NCBI GenBank assembly: GCA_047495785.1
Contig: JBLDXI010000009.1
Span: forward strand, 2,852,001-2,916,000
Direction: 5' to 3'
Origin: Lepidodermella squamata
Taxonomy: Eukaryota; Animalia; Gastrotricha
Length of the DNA stretch: 64,000 nt
Below, one piece after another: positions 49,544 through 61,517 of this stretch (positions are counted from its first letter, which is position 1; the number at the start of each line of letters is the position of its first letter). Both the position numbers and the translations under genes were made by a program. Below the pieces are notes generated by a model. That model was not told the DNA's origin. It worked only from the letters and a program-made list of their open reading frames with translations, and did not search any database.

Positions 49544-50014
49544 ATGAACGCTTTAAACGCGACTGATTCCAATGCGAATAATGGAAATGGAACAACCCTC
49601 GTTGTCGTACCTTTGAATTCGGGTTTTTCATCGCATGGCGATTTTCGACACCATCATGGCGTCGGCCCTTACGCCGTTGTCGCGATGAACAACGAACAAT
49701 TGACAACTTTCCTACTCAATCGGGCGAGAAGGCAAGCAATTGTTCTGAGCATCATTTCAACTCTGATCAGCGGAATGATTTTCCTGACCATTCCGGCGCT
49801 GATTTTAAGCTTTCGCCCTATTGATCATCCAGCGGCTCGTAAAAGCTATCGAACAGCCATTTATCTTAGCATTGCAGCTATTTTCCTGGGAATGATCACT
49901 GCCATATTGCTTGTGGTTTTTCTAGTCATCATTCCGTCTCAGCAACAAATGAGTGAAATTATGATGAAAAATTCGGAAGAGGCTAAGAAGATGCAAGCTG
50001 CTATCAATGGATGA
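49544..50014 (+). CDS. Dispanin/CD225 (IFITM-like) membrane protein, copy 1
   Basis: Two hydrophobic segments, AIVLSIISTLISGMIFLTIPALILS and AIYLSIAAIFLGMITAILLVVFLVII, separated by a short loop, matching the CD225-like pattern. Confidence 0.65.
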   Translation: MNALNATDSNANNGNGTTLVVVPLNSGFSSHGDFRHHHGVGPYAVVAMNNEQLTTFLLNRARRQAIVLSIISTLISGMIFLTIPALILSFRPIDHPAARKSYRTAIYLSIAAIFLGMITAILLVVFLVIIPSQQQMSEIMMKNSEEAKKMQAAING

Positions 50015-51149
50015 CATTTCATCTCCGACTTGGTTATCACATTGATGGACAATTACTTTTTATATTCTATTTCAAGTCATTGAGAAAACTGGCGTCACTT
50101 GAATAAAAATTAGGGTAAGGTTACCCTAACATGCATAAAAATTTATCAACATTTTTCAAACACTTGTTATTCCTTAATCATGCTGCTCAAAGTTAAAAAA
50201 TTATAAAAATAAAAATCTCTCGACGGTGCCCTAAATTTGCAAAAAAACTTCACTTACTGAACCTAAACTGCATATTCGCTCAATTTGGGCGATTTTGGGC
50301 TACTCAAAAACGGACTAGAATGATGCACGTTTCACGGGCCCTAACAATAGCTCAGAAGAAATTAGGGCAGTTTGAGGAATTTGAATATATTCATGAGATG
50401 TCTTGAAACTAGGACATCGTTAAATTAGTGTCAACAAATAGGCAGTTAGAGCTAATCTAGGATGAATCCAAAGTATTTTTCACGATTTTTCTTGAAACTT
50501 TATCCTCCTAATTGCACATTGCACTTGCATCTGAATTTTTTATTAGCACATCATGAATATTCATATTTTTAAACCTAATAAAATTCCAAATTCTGTCCGA
50601 GTTACACTTTTTAATTTAGCTTTATTCAAACCTCAGCTTGGAGCTAAAATTAGTTCGAGCGCGAGAAATTTTTTATTTTCAACTAAGGCATCGCAACTTC
50701 TGAATTTCACTGTACATGTCTTCCTTTATCAGACAAAAACTAAAATGAGACTTCAAATAACCGACATGAAATTTGCCTAAATTCAAAATTGCCGTTCATC
50801 TCTGCCCAATATCCAAGTCCAGGAGCCTAAAGTTATGCAGTTCTTTATATTCGATACGTGGCTCCAATTGATTCCCGGACCTGAAGTTTTTTGAGGAATC
50901 CATCACTTTGCGAAATCGGGACGTTAAAAAGGGTTCAATACTGTTTGAAAGCTTATTCCTAAACCAAATAACCCTTTGCCGATTCAATATTATCGACTTA
51001 CTTGAATTACTTGAATTACTTGATATTCACGGTCACCTCAATGAGGGAACTTCAAGAAGGAATTCAGTGAAAATTCAGTGAAACTTGGTTCCAAGTGAGA
51101 ACTGTTGTCGGATAATTACAGTCACAGTTTTGGTTGTCGGATGAAATAA

Positions 51150-51802
51150 AGGTCTGCGCACAAACTCGTATGAAAAAATGTGTATGTGATTTGTAATAAG
51201 TTTTTTGCCGGGGTCGTATGTGTTGGCGAAAAAAAATCGCATACAGACCCGTTCACAAAGTGATTTCTTTTCTTCCTGTATGTGATTTTTTTTCTGGCCG
51301 AAGAGGCCGCTGAAAAAAATGACCAACTTCGATGGGGCTCGAACCCCGTCCGCCCGTTGAACAGGCCGGTCAATAGCAACTGCACTATGTTGCCATCGTA
51401 TTTATCTGTCGCTATAAAAAGCCTAATTATTGGTTGCTAATATCTATATAAAAGCTATCCGCGTTTTCTGGGTCAAGTGCGGGCATGAATCATTAATCTT
51501 CGACTTGTTTGTTGACGCATTTATCAATGAATTTTTTGCCTTAAAGCCTAATTTATAGGTCACACACTAAGCTTGACGGCTTAGCCATGTCGATATAATT
51601 ATCGATGTGTGCGAAGTCGTCAAGGGTTCGATTCGACGTGCCGCCATCCCTTTTTTCAGTGGCCTCTTCGGCCAGAAAAAAATCACATACAAGGAGAAAA
51701 GAAATCAGTTTGTGAACGGGGGCTGTATGCTTTTTGCTGTATGTGTATGTGTTTACTCGCATACGCATGAGAAAAAAAAGAAACGAGTCTGTGGGAAGGC
51801 CT
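51150..51802. mobile_element. PIF/Harbinger-type (Tourist-like) non-autonomous element
   Basis: TAA on both sides (51147-51149 and 51803-51805), imperfect termini AGGTCTGCGCACAAACTCG / CGAGTCTGTGGGAAGGCCT, and an internal inverted repeat of about 80 bp (51238-51319 vs 51651-51730). Confidence 0.65.
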
Positions 51803-51975
51803 TAAGAAAATTATCTGATAAAAAAAGTCATTAACTTTATCCTGATGGCGAAGTAGCGAAAAAAACAGCTGTACGTGTTTAATTAAAATTCATCGTTTTT
51901 TGCACATTTCGATTTATTGCCAATTTTGCTATTCGATTCTCACCTGCCCTCATTCGTTGAATTGCTGCTGCTGCC

Positions 51976-52395
51976 ATGATTGCAATAAACACGGCTGGTT
52001 TACAGAAGGTTGACGCAGATTCCAACACCAATACAAATGGGAATGGAACAACACTTGTTGTGGTGCCGTTGAATTCAGGTTTATCATTTCAAGGGGAGGT
52101 TCGAAACCACGGCGTCGGCCCTATCGCCGTTGTCGCGATGACCCATGAACAATTGATAACTTTCTTAAATCAGGCGAGAAAGCAAGCCATCGCGTTGAGC
52201 ATCATTTCAACTCTGATCAGTGGAATGATTTTCCTGACAATTCCGGCACTGATTTTAAGCTTTCGCCCTATTGATCATCCAGCGGCTCGTAAAAGCTATC
52301 GAACAGCCATTTTTCTTAGCAGCGCAGCTATTTTTATGGGAACGATCGCAGCTGTGTTGCTCGTGGTTTTTCTAGTCATCATTCCGTTCCAGTAG
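51976..52395 (+). CDS. Dispanin/CD225 (IFITM-like) membrane protein, copy 2, with tail cut short by TAG
   Basis: Near-identical core to copy 1. TAG at 52393-52395 replaces a Gln codon; the homologous frame continues to TGA near 52464, and the 3' flank is shared with copy 1. Confidence 0.65.
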   Translation: MIAINTAGLQKVDADSNTNTNGNGTTLVVVPLNSGLSFQGEVRNHGVGPIAVVAMTHEQLITFLNQARKQAIALSIISTLISGMIFLTIPALILSFRPIDHPAARKSYRTAIFLSSAAIFMGTIAAVLLVVFLVIIPFQ

Positions 52396-53088
52396 CAAAT
52401 GAGTGCAATGATGATCAAGAATTCAGAAGAGGCTAAGGAGATGCAAGCTGCTTTCAATGGATGATATTTAATTTCCGACTTGGTTATCACATTGATGGAC
52501 AATTACTTTTTATATTCTATTTCAAGTCATTGAGAAAACTGGCGTCACTTGAATAAAAAAGTATTGTTTTTCCAATTTTCTAATTTGACAAGCAATTTTT
52601 AGTCGTAGGATTTGATGGAAAAGCGATATCATAATTATGACTTAAAATTGTCAACATTTCAAGTCATAATTGACAAGCAATGTAGTTTTTAAAGCAAAGC
52701 TTCCCATAAGCAAATTCCCAAAGGCCTAAAATCAGTAAGGTCACGTGACCAACCTTTCTGTAAGAATAATCAATTTGATGGGCTAATGTGAGTGACCTGT
52801 CCCTGTCTGTTCTCGAAACGAAGCCTGAGGTTTTGAAGTAAATGTGTACCTCAATAAAAAACATGGGGTTCCTAATTTTCTTTAGGCCAACATGATTTTT
52901 CTACTAACCTTTTCTTTAAAATCGACAGATGGATATTTTGTTATCATGATCTTTCATCTTTGAGATAAGCACTTGGAGATTGCCTACTTTATCGCTAACG
53001 TTTAAATCTTATGATTTCGTTCTGATAAGAGTACCAGTGATTACCTGAGGTCACTTGACAATACGCGTGATGTACGACAAAGCAAAAA

Positions 53089-53586
53089 ATGCTATTTAAG
53101 AAACGGTCTCAAAAATCGGTTGATTTAGCGTCCACCAGAAGAATGCTAGAAATTCGCAAGCGCCTATCCGATAATGCGTCACGTTTCATGACGATTCCGA
53201 TTCATTCCAATAAGACCAATGCTACCCTTGAACAGCGACGAATCCAGTCGATTTGTTTAGCAGTTGTCTGCAGTTTGACTGGAATGTGGTTTCTGACAAT
53301 ACCAGCTCTCATTTTGGCTTGCCGTCCTATCAATCACCCAAAGGCATCGCAGAGCTATGAAATTTCGAATGTTATCAGCCGAATGGCTTGGTTGATTGGG
53401 CTGTTCACGATTGCTGTGGTGGTAAGTATAGTCTGGGAAACAAATTACGAAGCATTCAATCGACGCCAGCGGGAGTATCGTAATTTGGGCCTCAAGAGAC
53501 AGGCGGAATATGTTCAAGATGCCAGCCTGGGACAAGACAGGATTTTACAAAGTCTTTACGGAAATGGTTCAGCCTCTCTTATTTAA
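53089..53586 (+). CDS. Dispanin/CD225-like membrane protein, divergent copy 3
   Basis: GMWFLTIPALILACRPINHPKASQSY matches GMIFLTIPALILSFRPIDHPAARKSY of copies 1 and 2. Confidence 0.65.
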   Translation: MLFKKRSQKSVDLASTRRMLEIRKRLSDNASRFMTIPIHSNKTNATLEQRRIQSICLAVVCSLTGMWFLTIPALILACRPINHPKASQSYEISNVISRMAWLIGLFTIAVVVSIVWETNYEAFNRRQREYRNLGLKRQAEYVQDASLGQDRILQSLYGNGSASLI

Positions 53587-53622
53587 TCCAAAATTACTTC
53601 ATTTGTAAAATAAAACTGTTAA

Positions 53623-56600
53623 TCAAAGTCTTTTCAATTTGAGAATGATTTCCACTGTTTTTGGATCACTATTGTTAGACTTGATAGTTTTCAGGAGCTC
53701 TTCGACTTCTTTGAAGAAACCGGAGACCTTCAATTCGTCACGGTACCGAAGCGAATCAGCCTCCAGAAGCGTGCAAGCTACCCATAAAGCGTACCTCCGG
53801 GCTCCGACAGGGAGATACTCGCTCAGCAAAGTTTTGTAGAATGAAAATGGCCTGAATTGGAAGTTCTTAAGATCCGGCTTGGATTCGAACCACTTTTCAA
53901 TTTGGTCAGTAAGCTCCAAGCCGATTTTCTCTAATAGTGAGAACATTTTATGAGCCTATTGAGTTATAAAAGGCCAACCAAAAGGCCAACCTTTGTCAAT
54001 GTGAGAATCCTGGCCGACGGCGGAGACTAGAGCATTTATGAAGAACTCAGCCGCGATTACAGGGCGGGGGTCATCTCCTAGATCGACGTCTTCTTGTAGT
54101 CTTAGAAGCATTTCTGCAACGAGATCTTGGCTTGCCACGATCTTTTTCAGCATTTCTTCATCTGCTGACAGAGTCAAAACTAGAACAAGAACTAATTGAT
54201 CGATCTTTCTCGCATGACTTCTTGCGGACAGTGAAGGGGTATCTCGGGAGAACTCTCGCAAAGATGTTATTAGCTTCAAGATCAACTGAAAAAGAGGGCA
54301 GTTTCATCTAATGTATCACAGTGCATAGAAGAGCACAAACCTTGAGACCTTCTCGGATCAAAAATTCGTCGACAAAACGCTTTTCTCGCTCGACCAGCAT
54401 TCGAAGCAGCTCCAAGCTGGAATTAAACACAATAAATCTCAAATTGTATTGCAACTGATAAAACTTGCTGTTTTGAAAGGTGTAGATTGCTCACGATATT
54501 CGGGTAAACTTTCTGAACAGTTTCCTTGTCTACTTGTTCCATTACGAACTCGCAAGCCGACGCGAGGGGAGCTAATAGAGCCGACCAGTCTTTCGAAGAA
54601 ACCAAACGGTTTGCGTGGATGCAAAGAGCTACTATCGTATCATTCGAAGCCGGGCTGGATAGAATGGTCTCGAGGGAGTCAAACGTTTGGTTGTAACATA
54701 GAAAACTGATAATTTCTTCATGCCCATTCAACCACGCATAAGTCACCGGGTAATTGCCATTTTTATCCAATTTAGCGATGCAGTCTTTGTTTTGAGAGTA
54801 GAAAAACTGAACTGCTTTCAGCTGCCCGACCTCAGCAGCATGGCTGACCGGCGTCAAACCACGTTGAGACGGAAGCATCAAAGCCTCTGGGTAAGCGTCG
54901 TAAACGATTTGAAGCATATCAACGTCACCGTGGATGGCAGTGGCAGTCAGAACAGTGAAGCCTGTATCATGATCTGCTTCTTTGATATCTTCTGGCACTT
55001 TTTCTATCAAAAACTCCAGAACAGCCGCATGACCGCCTTTCATAGCCAAAGTGAACGCATTGTCACCATAAGCGTCGCGAAAATGGACGGATTCTTCACA
55101 CTTCTCGAACATGAACTTCACAACGTCCATGTAGCCATTGCCTGCTGTGATCATGAAAGCAGCTCGGCCCTTATTCGTCCGATAATACGCGCCGTCGTAA
55201 TATTGGCTAATCAAGTAAGCGACTGTTTCAAGGTGGCCATTTTCAGCGGCATGGGTTAGTGGGACGTACTCATCGTTGTCTGCCCATGTTATTAGCTCTG
55301 AGCTCAGACTGTGCAAGTACTTGCAGGCTTCAAGTCGACCAGCTCTTGCAGCGTGGCTCAATGCAGACATTCCTTTGAAGTCCTTCAAAGTCAGCAGGAA
55401 ACTGTGCCCTTTCGAATATAGATATTCGAGGGCTGGGACGTGGCCACTACTAGCGGCGACCATCAAAGCTGACACACCTTCATTATCGGTCGAGCTCAGC
55501 AAATCTGGGGCGTATTGGTACAGGAAGTCCAGAACTTTCACATGGCCATTCTTCGCTGCGGCCATCATGCAAGTAGTACCATCTTTAGCCACGAAATAAG
55601 CGGATTCCTGGTATTTTTGATACAGAAATTCAACCACTGCTAGGGCTCCTTTTGCGCAAGCTCGCATGATGGGTGTTACTTCATCATTATCTTTGACTTG
55701 GATAGCCTCTGGATTCTTGCGGTAGAGATACTCAACGATATCGGCAAAGCCCCAACCAGCCGCGGCCATCAGCACCGTCTGGCCATCGCCGTCTCGATAA
55801 TGCAGAGCCTCTGGGTGTTGCTCGGACAGAAACTTGACAACATCGATATGGCCGGTCAAAACAGCCGATACTAACATCATGTAGTGATCGTCTTGATCTT
55901 CCTCTTCACTTTGATGGCTCACCATGCCAGTAATATCAGCTTTGTTGTAGAGGTATTGAACAACATCCAGATGTCCTTTCATTACTGCGAAAGACAGACC
56001 AGAGCCTTTTCGATTCTCCGCAGCTGTTATGTCCATCACTGATTTGTCCTTTTCAGACAAAATCTTCACAACAGCTAGGTGGCCATTAAACGCAGCGTAT
56101 TGGAAGGCCGTCATACCGTCTTTAGCTATTGCGTGGATATCGGAGCCTTTTTTGTTCATTAGGAAATTCACGACCTCAGAATGGCCGTTTCTGGCCGCAG
56201 CCATAAGAGCTGTCATGCCCTTCTCATCCGCTAGAGTCACGGCTTCAGGGAAATGGGGGTAAAGATAGGCAACGATTTTAAGATGGCCACCTGAAGCTGC
56301 ATGCATCAGCGGGGTCCATCCTTTCCCATCCCTCAGCTTGAGACTTGCCGGGTATTTTTCGTAGAGAAACTTGACGATATCAAAATGGCCATTCTTCGCG
56401 GCAGACATGATAGGAAAAAGCTCGTCTTTCCTCGTTGATAATTTTGCTGCCTCAGGGTACTTACCATGGAGGTAAGTCACGATATTGTAGTAACCATTAG
56501 CCGCAGCGAACGCAAGGGGTGTCCAGTCATCGTAAGTTCTGAGACTGATAGCAGCAGGATTCATGCTATGAAGAGCTGTTACCATCAACTCATGGCCGTG

Positions 56601-59414
56601 TTGAGCAGCATACGTCAGGGCAGTGAAGCCATTCCGGTCTTGGATGGCTAGTACTGCAGGATTTTCAGCGTAGACAAAGAGGTATTCAACCACGGGTAAA
56701 TGACCACCGCGAGCTGCTTGCATGATAGCCGTGATTCCCGTCGAATACTCTTGAGCGAATGACGTACAAGGTGTCACTCCATACAGCCGTTGCACAATCT
56801 CGACTTGACCATTCGCCGCTGCTAGCATAAATGCCCGCAGTAAACCAGCCGGTTGCATCCTGGAGTAGTCTAAACAATCTTCAAGGAGGTAAACGAAGAC
56901 CTCTGTATGACCGTGCCTAGCAGCTACTTGCAAGGCACTGTAGACCAAGGCGTCCTTATCCAACTCAGCTTCAGTCGCTGGGTCGATTAAAGACGGATTT
57001 GAGAATTGATGTTTCACCTCGTCAATATCCCCATCAACTGTCGCGGTGATCGCTGGATGGTAGCCAAAATTTTCAATCGCCAACTTCTCAGCCTTGCAAT
57101 CAGCGTATTCAGACCGCCATTTCGGCAGCTTTTCTATGATTTTCAGCCGGTCAACACTGAACAGCGAGTCGTTTTCTTGATCGAAGACTTCAATCAAAAA
57201 ACAGCTGTAGTTGCTATCCGGACTTTTAAAGCACTCATCCAGGTCGAAAGTCGAGATCTTATTTAGAATTTTAACGATCAATCGATATGAATGATTGGTG
57301 CTGAGATTGATGTTCCAACGGCACATGATGTTATCGTGCCACTCTGCCAGGTAAAGGAAGTGGAGAAACGTCCTGCCAGCTGTTTTCAGCGACTTCTGGG
57401 CGCAAAGCTCCGCAAGACCCTTCGGATCGGCTTTATCGATAATTTTTTCGAGAAGATTCCGCCGTTTTTGAAGGACAGTTTCGCTGACAAGGGAAATCAG
57501 CGACTCTTGGCTACTTGCGAACAGGAATGAATCTTCCTCCTCAGCAAACGAAGCCCGACAAGATCCGGATGCTATCTTCATCCGCAGCTCTTCAATGCTG
57601 ATCACATCAAAGAACTTCTTCGCGCTCTGTAACGCGATGGCATAGATCATTTCGTGAACTGCGAAGTAGTCTTCATTGGTCATTGAATAGTCTTCCAGTC
57701 GGACGATAACGCTCTTCCGCTCCAGGACGCGGCAAAGCCCCCTTGCCCGTAATACCCCTCGCTTGAAGTTATCGCCTTCATATCCCCACAGGATTGCTAA
57801 GTCTTCGACGCTAACTGGTTCAGCCGGTTCGAACATTAGGAAAGCAAAGTATAGCTGCCGGAAATTTTTCTCCTTAGTTTCTGTTCTTTTGATGTTGAAT
57901 TCGAACAATTCCGCTACCCTTTGGTGTGGATCTCTGCTGAATGGTTCGTTGAGAATGATTTCGCACTCTTGGTCGTAGAGGAAGCGTTCGGTGTCTTCGA
58001 AGCGAGAAGCTATTAAACTTGCGATGATCGGACTACCAAAACAGCACTTAGCCAGGTAAGTCAGTTGCTTTTGAGTCAGTTTGCCTTCTAGGTTGCAAGT
58101 CGTTTCAAACATGCCGATCAGGTCTTGTTCCTTCATTTCCGGGAGAAGAAACGGCTTACGGAATAGCTTGCTTTGAAAGCATTCCCGAGTGATGACGCAA
58201 CATGCTGTATTTTTGCAGTTTTTCTTGAAGTGTTCGACAATTTTTAGGTTTGAAACATTATCGAGGATGAAAAGAACGCCCTTTTTCAGCTTGCGATAGT
58301 GCGCGGCGATGCCTTCGAGTTCGAAAAATTGAATAGTCGAATACATAGGATCGCTAGAAGCGGCACGTCGGCCGAGGGCGAGTAATTTGTCGATGAAGGC
58401 TCGCTGGGCGACTTCGTTGAACGAGCTAGCGTCGCGCCATTCGAGACAATCGAGCCACAAAGCGACGTGCACGCCGCAGTCACGCGTGAAAAAATCGCTC
58501 TGAGACCGGTCTACTAACAGCCGAGCAATTTGAGTCGTTTTACCACTTCCGCTATCGCCTACAACAGCCATAATTCCTAAATAATTATAAAAAAATTAAA
58601 TTAAAATTCTGTCTTAATAATTAAACTTAATAATTAAATTTTTTACAATTCAATTTAATTAAATAAAAATTAAATAAAAAATTACCTTCCTCTGGACACC
58701 GGCAGGTTTCCCGAATTTCCTCTAAAACTCTGTCTTCAACAATTTTCCGCCGATAATATTTTGCCATTGATGGGACATCCATCGCCATGAGCGATTCAAA
58801 TCGAAAGTTTTTCGGAGGAGGCTGCACCAGAAGTTGGTGGATTCTGTCAACGGCATCTTTGACAAAATCTTCGACAGGGTAATTAGGCGGGAAATCTATC
58901 CATAAATGTTCGGCCAGGTGAAAATTGAGCCATCGACCCCACGATGTTTGATCCATATTAACCGCGAGGAAGCGTTTATTTCGCCGTTCAGCGTAAATTA
59001 CCTCGCTGCCACACAAATCGCTTGCTTTAAATTTTTCGTTGAAAAATAACAGGAAAATATCACACTCGTCTACCGGCTGAAATTAAAAAAAACTCAATTA
59101 GTTCAAAGACAATAGCAATATTGATGGCCTACTTTTTGAAAATATTCTTCAATCTGACGCTCCCGTTTCGGGCTTTTGTCGATTAGCACCTCAAAGTCGT
59201 TTTCTCGAAATTTTTCGGCAATTTCGAAAATTTCTTCCTGCCGAAAATTCGTCGTGTAGCTTAGGTACAGCCGAGGCAGAACTTGTAGTTTTTTCTCGAT
59301 ATGGCGGAATCGCTTAACAACCTCTTCCTTAAGCTCATCTGGCATTAAGGACGGTCGTGGCTCTGGGTTGACAATGCCTGTCAGCAAGCCACCTCGCTCA
59401 TCCATGTCCAACAT
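53623..59414 (-). CDS. TIR - NB-ARC (STAND) - ankyrin repeat protein with extra helical C-terminal region, paralog 2
   Basis: Exons 59414-59133, 59076-58686, 58576-54469, 54416-54341, 54285-53991 and 53930-53623. TIR motifs LYLSY, IFLLFFNEKFKASDLCGSEVIYA and WLNFHLAEHLWIDF. Walker A GDSGSGKTT, Walker B LFILDN, VITR, CFGSP, VHEMI, then roughly 20 ankyrin repeats. Confidence 0.88.
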
Positions 59415-59896
59415 TTAATTGCAGGAATAGTGTCGCTTCGCCACTATAATTGTGGTTTTATTGGGTTAATTATATAGGTTAGACCACTGGACCCTGGATT
59501 ACTTCCAAGCGAACAAAAAGGTCAACTACGTCGCTTGATTCTCGACAGTGACAATTATGCCACGAGAGGAGGCAGGTCAAAACGCCGGTGCATTTTGATT
59601 TTTGTGAGACAGGCCATTCCGGTGCGCATGCCATTCATGTCGTATCAAAGGGTCGCATTTTTTTCGTATTTTTATAACCTGGGTTGCTTGGCGAAAATGT
59701 GCGTCAAACTGCGCTTTCTACAGCGCACTATACACGCTAAATAAAATCGCAAAAAAATAGAACAAAAGCCGTCACCTCAGTGAAATTTAAACTTTAATCC
59801 TAATTTCCTTCAATATCATTTGGAATAAAGATATTTAAATATTCATCTCTCTACTAACTCAGCAAAATAGATTTCAAAATAATCACATGAGTCTCT

Positions 59897-61517
59897 TTAT
59901 GCAGGGATCAAGTTGGCAGCCTTCAGAGCATCTTGGCCGTTGTAGTGAGCTTCAACCTCGCTAGCCGTCAAGGCGTGCTTGCAGATGAGGACTTCGTCGA
60001 TGTAGCCGGAGAAATCGCCATAGACCTGGTCAGTGCCGACGGTGAACGGGCAGTTGGCAACGTTCAACCAGCCGTTGTCGGCAATGATGCTTTGAACGGC
60101 GAGGTTCTGAAAATTTAAAATTTAAATTAAATTCATTTTTCCATTTTTCGAACTCACGTTGTTGATGTAGAGATTCAAGGTGCTGTCGCCGTTGTAGGGG
60201 TAGAACGGAGCCTTGTAGGTCAGGCACACCTGGTTCCAGCCGTTGGTGTTGATGCGCTCCGAGCTGCTGAACTGGCGTTCATTGACCGGCCATTGGGTCT
60301 TCAGGTAGCCTTGAACGGTGTTCGAAATCGAGGCCAAAATCGCGGTGTATGAAGTGTGCTCGGCGTTGTTGTTGTTCGACAACAGACCGCCGTTCGGGCA
60401 AGAGCCATTCACACAGCTAAAAAACAAGAAAAAATGAATTTTAAATTTCGATAGATTTTTAATTCATTTAAAAATTAATCAAAAATTTGAAAAATTTGAT
60501 GAAATTTTAAAATTTTAAAATTCAATAATTTCAAATAAACTTCAAATAAATTTTAAATTTCAAATTGAAATAAATTCAATTTCAATCAAAAATTTTAAAT
60601 TTTTCTTCTTACTTGAAAAACACGCAGAAAGAGCCCTCATTTAGCAAGTCCAAATTTTTGCTGCCAGGAATTTCAACACGGCCACCGTTTCCAGTGAAGA
60701 GGGAGCCAGTACCATGCGCCGAGGTAGTGGTAGTCACAGCAGCGTTGCCGTAGAGGAAAGTGTCGAGCTTGGTCGACGAGAGGTCCTTGGCGCTGCCGTC
60801 GAAAGGCAGGTACAGCGAGCATTGGCTCGAGCTGGCAGATGACACCACCTCGACTGGCGTGTCGCAGCGGCATTGCTCGAGGCTGAAGGTCGAGCCAGGG
60901 GCGCACGGGTGCTCGGAGACTTCATTCTCGTTGTTCAGATCAACAGTGGCGTAGAAGTTCGGGTTGTTGGCGACGGCGGTGAGGACGTTACCGAACGAGT
61001 CGGTGCAGTGCGTGGCGTTGAAGGTGACCGGAGCGACAGAGGTCGGCACGGCCGGGGCGGGGATGGAGCACGAGTCCACGCAGGTCTCGCTGGTGTCGCA
61101 CTGGCAGGTCGTGGCGTTGAAGGCAGTTCCAAGCGGGCAGCAGAGAACCTCCGAGCCGAAGCTGCACCAGACGTATTGGTTGCAGCTGTTAGGGATCGGG
61201 GCACAGCCGTTCGCAGTGATGGTGTCATCGGCGCAGACGTCCTTGCACGGGGTCGGGCCCTCGTGGACGCAGGTCTGGAACTTTTCGTTGAAGTAGAGGC
61301 TGGGCGGGCATTGAAGAAGCTGGCCCTCGGCGTAGGTCTCGTTGTGGAAGAAGCACGAATAGAATTTGTGGCAATCAGTCGGGTGGGCGTAGTAGCTGCG
61401 CGAGTTAGCGCGGCCGGAGCAGGTCAAGCAGAACGCGTTCGCATTCGGGTCAATATTCTGGGCTACAACTGCCACAACGAGCAGAGCAACTACAGCGACG
61501 GTAAACTTAACGGCCAT
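59897..61517 (-). CDS. Secreted PIF-like chitin-binding + LamG protein, copy 3
   Basis: Exons 61517-60613, 60416-60158 and 60106-59897; same structure as copies 1 and 2. Confidence 0.88.

Noticed and set aside
51075-51834. Two similar small ORFs (FFSGLFGQKK...) on opposite strands
   Set aside because: They are mirror translations of the inverted repeat of the MITE.
28113-52395. TAG reassigned to a sense codon, suggested by two in-frame TAGs
   Set aside because: 37336-37698 ends in TAG at the same position where its paralog ends in TGA, and the long ORFs contain no internal TAG.
41273-59414. Bacterial contamination as the source of the TIR-STAND genes
   Set aside because: They have spliceosomal introns like their neighbours and sit among typical animal genes. 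Ancient horizontal transfer is not excluded without a phylogeny.
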